From NCBI RefSeq assembly GCF_988243305.1, contig NZ_OZ547136.1: a DNA stretch of 64,000 bases. The stretch is one strand, 5' to 3'. The stretch's first letter is position 1. Every line of letters starts with the position of its first letter. This document shows positions 60,610-64,000 of the stretch, piece by piece. The position numbers and the translations under genes are program-made. The notes beneath the pieces are model-generated. The model was not told where the DNA came from. It saw only the letters and a program-made list of their open reading frames with translations, and did no database searches.

Positions 60610-63600
60610 ATGGCGAATTTCTTTATTGATCGCCCCATTTTTGCCTGGGTGCTGGCAATCCTGTTGTGTCTGACAGGTACCCTGGCGATTTTTTCATTGC
60701 CCGTTGAACAATACCCCGATCTCGCGCCACCGAATGTGCGAGTGACCGCTAACTATCCCGGCGCATCGGCCCAGACGCTGGAAAACACCGTGACCCAGGT
60801 TATCGAGCAAAATATGACCGGCCTCGATAATCTGATGTATATGTCGTCTCAGAGCAGTGGCACCGGCCAGGCATCTGTCACTTTAAGTTTTAAAGCAGGC
60901 ACCGATCCGGACGAAGCCGTGCAGCAAGTACAAAACCAGCTGCAATCAGCCATGCGAAAGTTACCGCAGGCGGTGCAAAATCAGGGCGTGACGGTGCGTA
61001 AAACCGGCGATACCAACATTCTGACCATTGCCTTCGTCTCTACCGATGGTTCGATGGATAAACAGGATATTGCCGATTACGTTGCCAGTAATATTCAGGA
61101 TCCGTTAAGCCGCGTGAATGGCGTCGGGGATATCGATGCCTATGGTTCGCAATATTCCATGCGTATCTGGCTGGACCCGGCGAAACTCAACAGTTTCCAG
61201 ATGACGGCTAAAGATGTCACTGATGCCATTGAGTCACAGAACGCGCAGATTGCGGTTGGGCAACTTGGTGGTACACCTTCCGTCGATAAGCAGGCGCTCA
61301 ACGCCACCATTAACGCCCAGTCACTGCTGCAAACACCAGAACAGTTCCGCGATATCACCTTGCGGGTGAATCAGGACGGTTCAGAGGTAAGGCTGGGCGA
61401 TGTCGCCACCGTCGAAATGGGGGCGGAGAAATACGATTATCTTAGCCGCTTCAATGGTAAGCCAGCCTCCGGGCTGGGGGTAAAACTGGCCTCCGGCGCG
61501 AACGAAATGGCGACAGCGGAGCTGGTGCTCAATCGTCTCGACGAGCTGGCGCAGTATTTTCCACACGGACTGGAATACAAGGTGGCGTATGAAACCACCT
61601 CGTTTGTTAAAGCCTCCATTGAAGACGTGGTGAAAACGCTGCTGGAAGCTATCGCTCTGGTTTTCCTCGTTATGTATCTGTTCCTGCATAACTTCCGCGC
61701 CACGCTGATACCCACTATCGCCGTGCCGGTGGTGTTGATGGGAACCTTCTCCGTACTTTACGCCTTCGGTTACAGCGTCAACACCTTAACCATGTTCGCG
61801 ATGGTGCTGGCGATTGGTCTGCTGGTGGATGACGCCATCGTGGTGGTGGAAAACGTCGAACGTATTATGAGTGAGGAAGGACTCACTCCTCGCGAAGCCA
61901 CACGTAAATCGATGGGGCAGATCCAGGGGGCACTGGTCGGGATTGCGATGGTGCTTTCGGCGGTATTTGTACCAATGGCCTTCTTCGGCGGCACCACCGG
62001 TGCCATCTATCGCCAGTTCTCTATTACCATTGTTGCGGCGATGGTGCTGTCAGTACTGGTAGCGATGATCCTCACTCCGGCTCTGTGTGCCACGCTACTT
62101 AAGCCACTGAAAAAGGGTGAGCATCACGGGCAAAAAGGCTTTTTTGCCTGGTTTAACCAGATGTTTAACCGCAACGCCGAACGCTACGAAAAAGGGGTGG
62201 CGAAAATTCTCCACCGTAGCCTGCGCTGGATTGTGATTTATGTCCTGCTGCTTGGCGGCATGGTGTTCCTGTTCCTGCGTTTGCCGACGTCGTTCTTGCC
62301 ACTGGAAGACCGGGGCATGTTTACTACCTCGGTACAGTTGCCCAGCGGTTCAACCCAACAACAGACCCTGAAAGTCGTTGAGCAAATCGAGAAATACTAC
62401 TTCACCCATGAAAAAGACAACATCATGTCGGTGTTTGCCACTGTTGGTTCTGGCCCTGGGGGTAACGGGCAAAACGTGGCGAGAATGTTTATCCGCCTGA
62501 AAGACTGGAGCGAACGCGACAGTAAGACCGGCACCTCGTTTGCCATTATCGAGCGTGCAACGAAGGCGTTTAACAAGATTAAAGAAGCTCGTGTTATCGC
62601 CAGCAGCCCGCCAGCAATTAGCGGTCTTGGTAGTTCTGCAGGTTTTGATATGGAGTTGCAGGACCACGCTGGAGCGGGTCACGATGCGCTGATGGCAGCA
62701 CGTAACCAGTTGCTGGCGCTGGCGGCGGAAAACCCGGAGCTAACCCGTGTGCGCCATAACGGCCTCGACGACAGTCCGCAGTTGCAGATTGATATCGACC
62801 AGCGTAAAGCTCAGGCGCTGGGCGTTGCTATCGACGATATTAACGACACACTGCAAACCGCCTGGGGTTCGAGCTATGTGAATGACTTTATGGATCGCGG
62901 TCGCGTGAAGAAAGTCTATGTGCAGGCAGCTGCGCCATATCGCATGCTGCCAGATGACATCAATCTCTGGTATGTCCGAAATAAAGATGGCGGCATGGTG
63001 CCCTTCTCTGCTTTCGCGACCTCACGCTGGGAGACAGGCTCGCCGCGTCTGGAACGCTATAACGGTTATTCTGCGGTTGAGATTGTTGGGGAAGCCGCAC
63101 CGGGGGTCAGTACCGGTACGGCGATGGATATTATGGAATCGTTAGTGAAGCAGTTGCCAAACGGCTTTGGTCTGGAGTGGACGGCGATGTCGTATCAGGA
63201 GCGGCTTTCCGGCGCGCAGGCTCCGGCGCTGTACGCTATTTCCTTGCTGGTGGTATTCCTGTGTCTGGCGGCGCTGTATGAAAGCTGGTCGGTGCCGTTC
63301 TCGGTAATGCTGGTCGTGCCGCTGGGGGTTATCGGCGCGCTGCTGGCAACCTGGATGCGCGGGCTGGAAAACGACGTTTACTTCCAGGTGGGCCTGTTAA
63401 CGGTCATTGGTTTATCGGCGAAAAACGCCATCCTGATCGTCGAGTTTGCTAACGAGATGAACCAAAAAGGCCACGACCTGTTTGAAGCGACGCTCCACGC
63501 CTGCCGTCAGCGTTTACGCCCGATTCTGATGACCTCGCTGGCATTTATCTTCGGCGTATTGCCAATGGCAACCAGCACGGGTGCCGGTTCCGGTGGTCAG

Positions 63601-63723
63601 CATGCGGTGGGTACTGGCGTAATGGGCGGGATGATTTCGGCCACTATTCTGGCTATTTACTTCGTGCCGCTGTTCTTTGTGCTGGTGCGCCGCCGCTTCC
63701 CGCTAAAGCCGCGCCCGGAATAA
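60610..63723 (+). CDS. acrD: RND-family aminoglycoside/multidrug efflux pump
   Basis: 1037 aa [41 protein letters not shown]..., AcrB/AcrD architecture. Confidence 0.97.
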   Translation: MANFFIDRPIFAWVLAILLCLTGTLAIFSLPVEQYPDLAPPNVRVTANYPGASAQTLENTVTQVIEQNMTGLDNLMYMSSQSSGTGQASVTLSFKAGTDPDEAVQQVQNQLQSAMRKLPQAVQNQGVTVRKTGDTNILTIAFVSTDGSMDKQDIADYVASNIQDPLSRVNGVGDIDAYGSQYSMRIWLDPAKLNSFQMTAKDVTDAIESQNAQIAVGQLGGTPSVDKQALNATINAQSLLQTPEQFRDITLRVNQDGSEVRLGDVATVEMGAEKYDYLSRFNGKPASGLGVKLASGANEMATAELVLNRLDELAQYFPHGLEYKVAYETTSFVKASIEDVVKTLLEAIALVFLVMYLFLHNFRATLIPTIAVPVVLMGTFSVLYAFGYSVNTLTMFAMVLAIGLLVDDAIVVVENVERIMSEEGLTPREATRKSMGQIQGALVGIAMVLSAVFVPMAFFGGTTGAIYRQFSITIVAAMVLSVLVAMILTPALCATLLKPLKKGEHHGQKGFFAWFNQMFNRNAERYEKGVAKILHRSLRWIVIYVLLLGGMVFLFLRLPTSFLPLEDRGMFTTSVQLPSGSTQQQTLKVVEQIEKYYFTHEKDNIMSVFATVGSGPGGNGQNVARMFIRLKDWSERDSKTGTSFAIIERATKAFNKIKEARVIASSPPAISGLGSSAGFDMELQDHAGAGHDALMAARNQLLALAAENPELTRVRHNGLDDSPQLQIDIDQRKAQALGVAIDDINDTLQTAWGSSYVNDFMDRGRVKKVYVQAAAPYRMLPDDINLWYVRNKDGGMVPFSAFATSRWETGSPRLERYNGYSAVEIVGEAAPGVSTGTAMDIMESLVKQLPNGFGLEWTAMSYQERLSGAQAPALYAISLLVVFLCLAALYESWSVPFSVMLVVPLGVIGALLATWMRGLENDVYFQVGLLTVIGLSAKNAILIVEFANEMNQKGHDLFEATLHACRQRLRPILMTSLAFIFGVLPMATSTGAGSGGQHAVGTGVMGGMISATILAIYFVPLFFVLVRRRFPLKPRPE

Positions 63724-63730
63724 GCAATAA

Positions 63731-63762
63731 AAAAGGCGACATGCCAATGTGTCGCCTTTTTC
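63731..63762 (+). terminator. Intrinsic terminator of acrD
   Basis: ggcgac-atgccaatgt-gtcgcc hairpin followed by TTTTT. Confidence 0.75.
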
Positions 63763-63821
63763 AACTTTCCGATTAAGAACCTGCTCAGCAGGTTCTTGCT
63801 GTTTGTACTTTGTCTCAGGAA

Positions 63822-63881
63822 TTACTTACGAAGCATAACTTCGATAAAGTCTTTCCAGTTCCCCAGTTCACGTTCAATCAT
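63822..63881 (-). CDS. ypfM: 19-aa small protein
   Basis: Minus-strand ORF MIERELGNWKDFIEVMLRK*, recognised as YpfM next to acrD; below the ORF-track length cutoff. Confidence 0.8.
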   Translation of the reverse strand: MIERELGNWKDFIEVMLRK

Positions 63882-64000
63882 AACAACCTCTCTTATAATT
63901 ATGGGTATTCTACGGAAACAATATACCGTGGTGAAGCTAATTTACTCGATTGCTGCGATGACTACCTCCGGGGGACAAACCTTATGTAAATACTATGGTC

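Overview
This window reads as an ordinary, well-characterised Escherichia coli chromosomal segment, collinear with the K-12 gltX-to-acrD interval; I do not see an undescribed multi-gene system in it. Gene order (identified by reading the translated ORFs, not by database search): gltX; the valU-valX-valY-lysV tRNA operon; xapR-xapB-xapA; yfeN, yfeR, yfeH; ypeB-ligA-zipA; cysZ, cysK; ptsH-ptsI-crr; pdxK; yfeK; cysP-U-W-A-M; ucpA; murR / murQ-murP-yfeW; yfeX, yfeY, yfeZ, ypeA; amiA-hemF; eutR plus an uninterrupted 16-gene eut microcompartment operon (eutS to eutK); maeB; talA-tktB; ypfG; nudK; aegA; narQ; acrD; and the 19-codon ypfM. No integrase, transposase, CRISPR array or phage gene is present, and every intergenic gap is under 400 bp, so there is no room for a hidden island. 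The points worth a second look are small-scale: a partial duplication of the tRNA-Lys 3' end with its terminator; a candidate 52-codon membrane-protein ORF between xapB and xapR; a GC-rich repeat found both inside the eut operon and after tktB; a hairpin plus U-rich tract right after eutM; REP elements; and two differences from my recollection of K-12 gene content (no CPZ-55 prophage between eutA and eutB, no yfeS between yfeK and cysM). All assignments rest on sequence reading plus recalled knowledge of E. coli; none was checked against a database.
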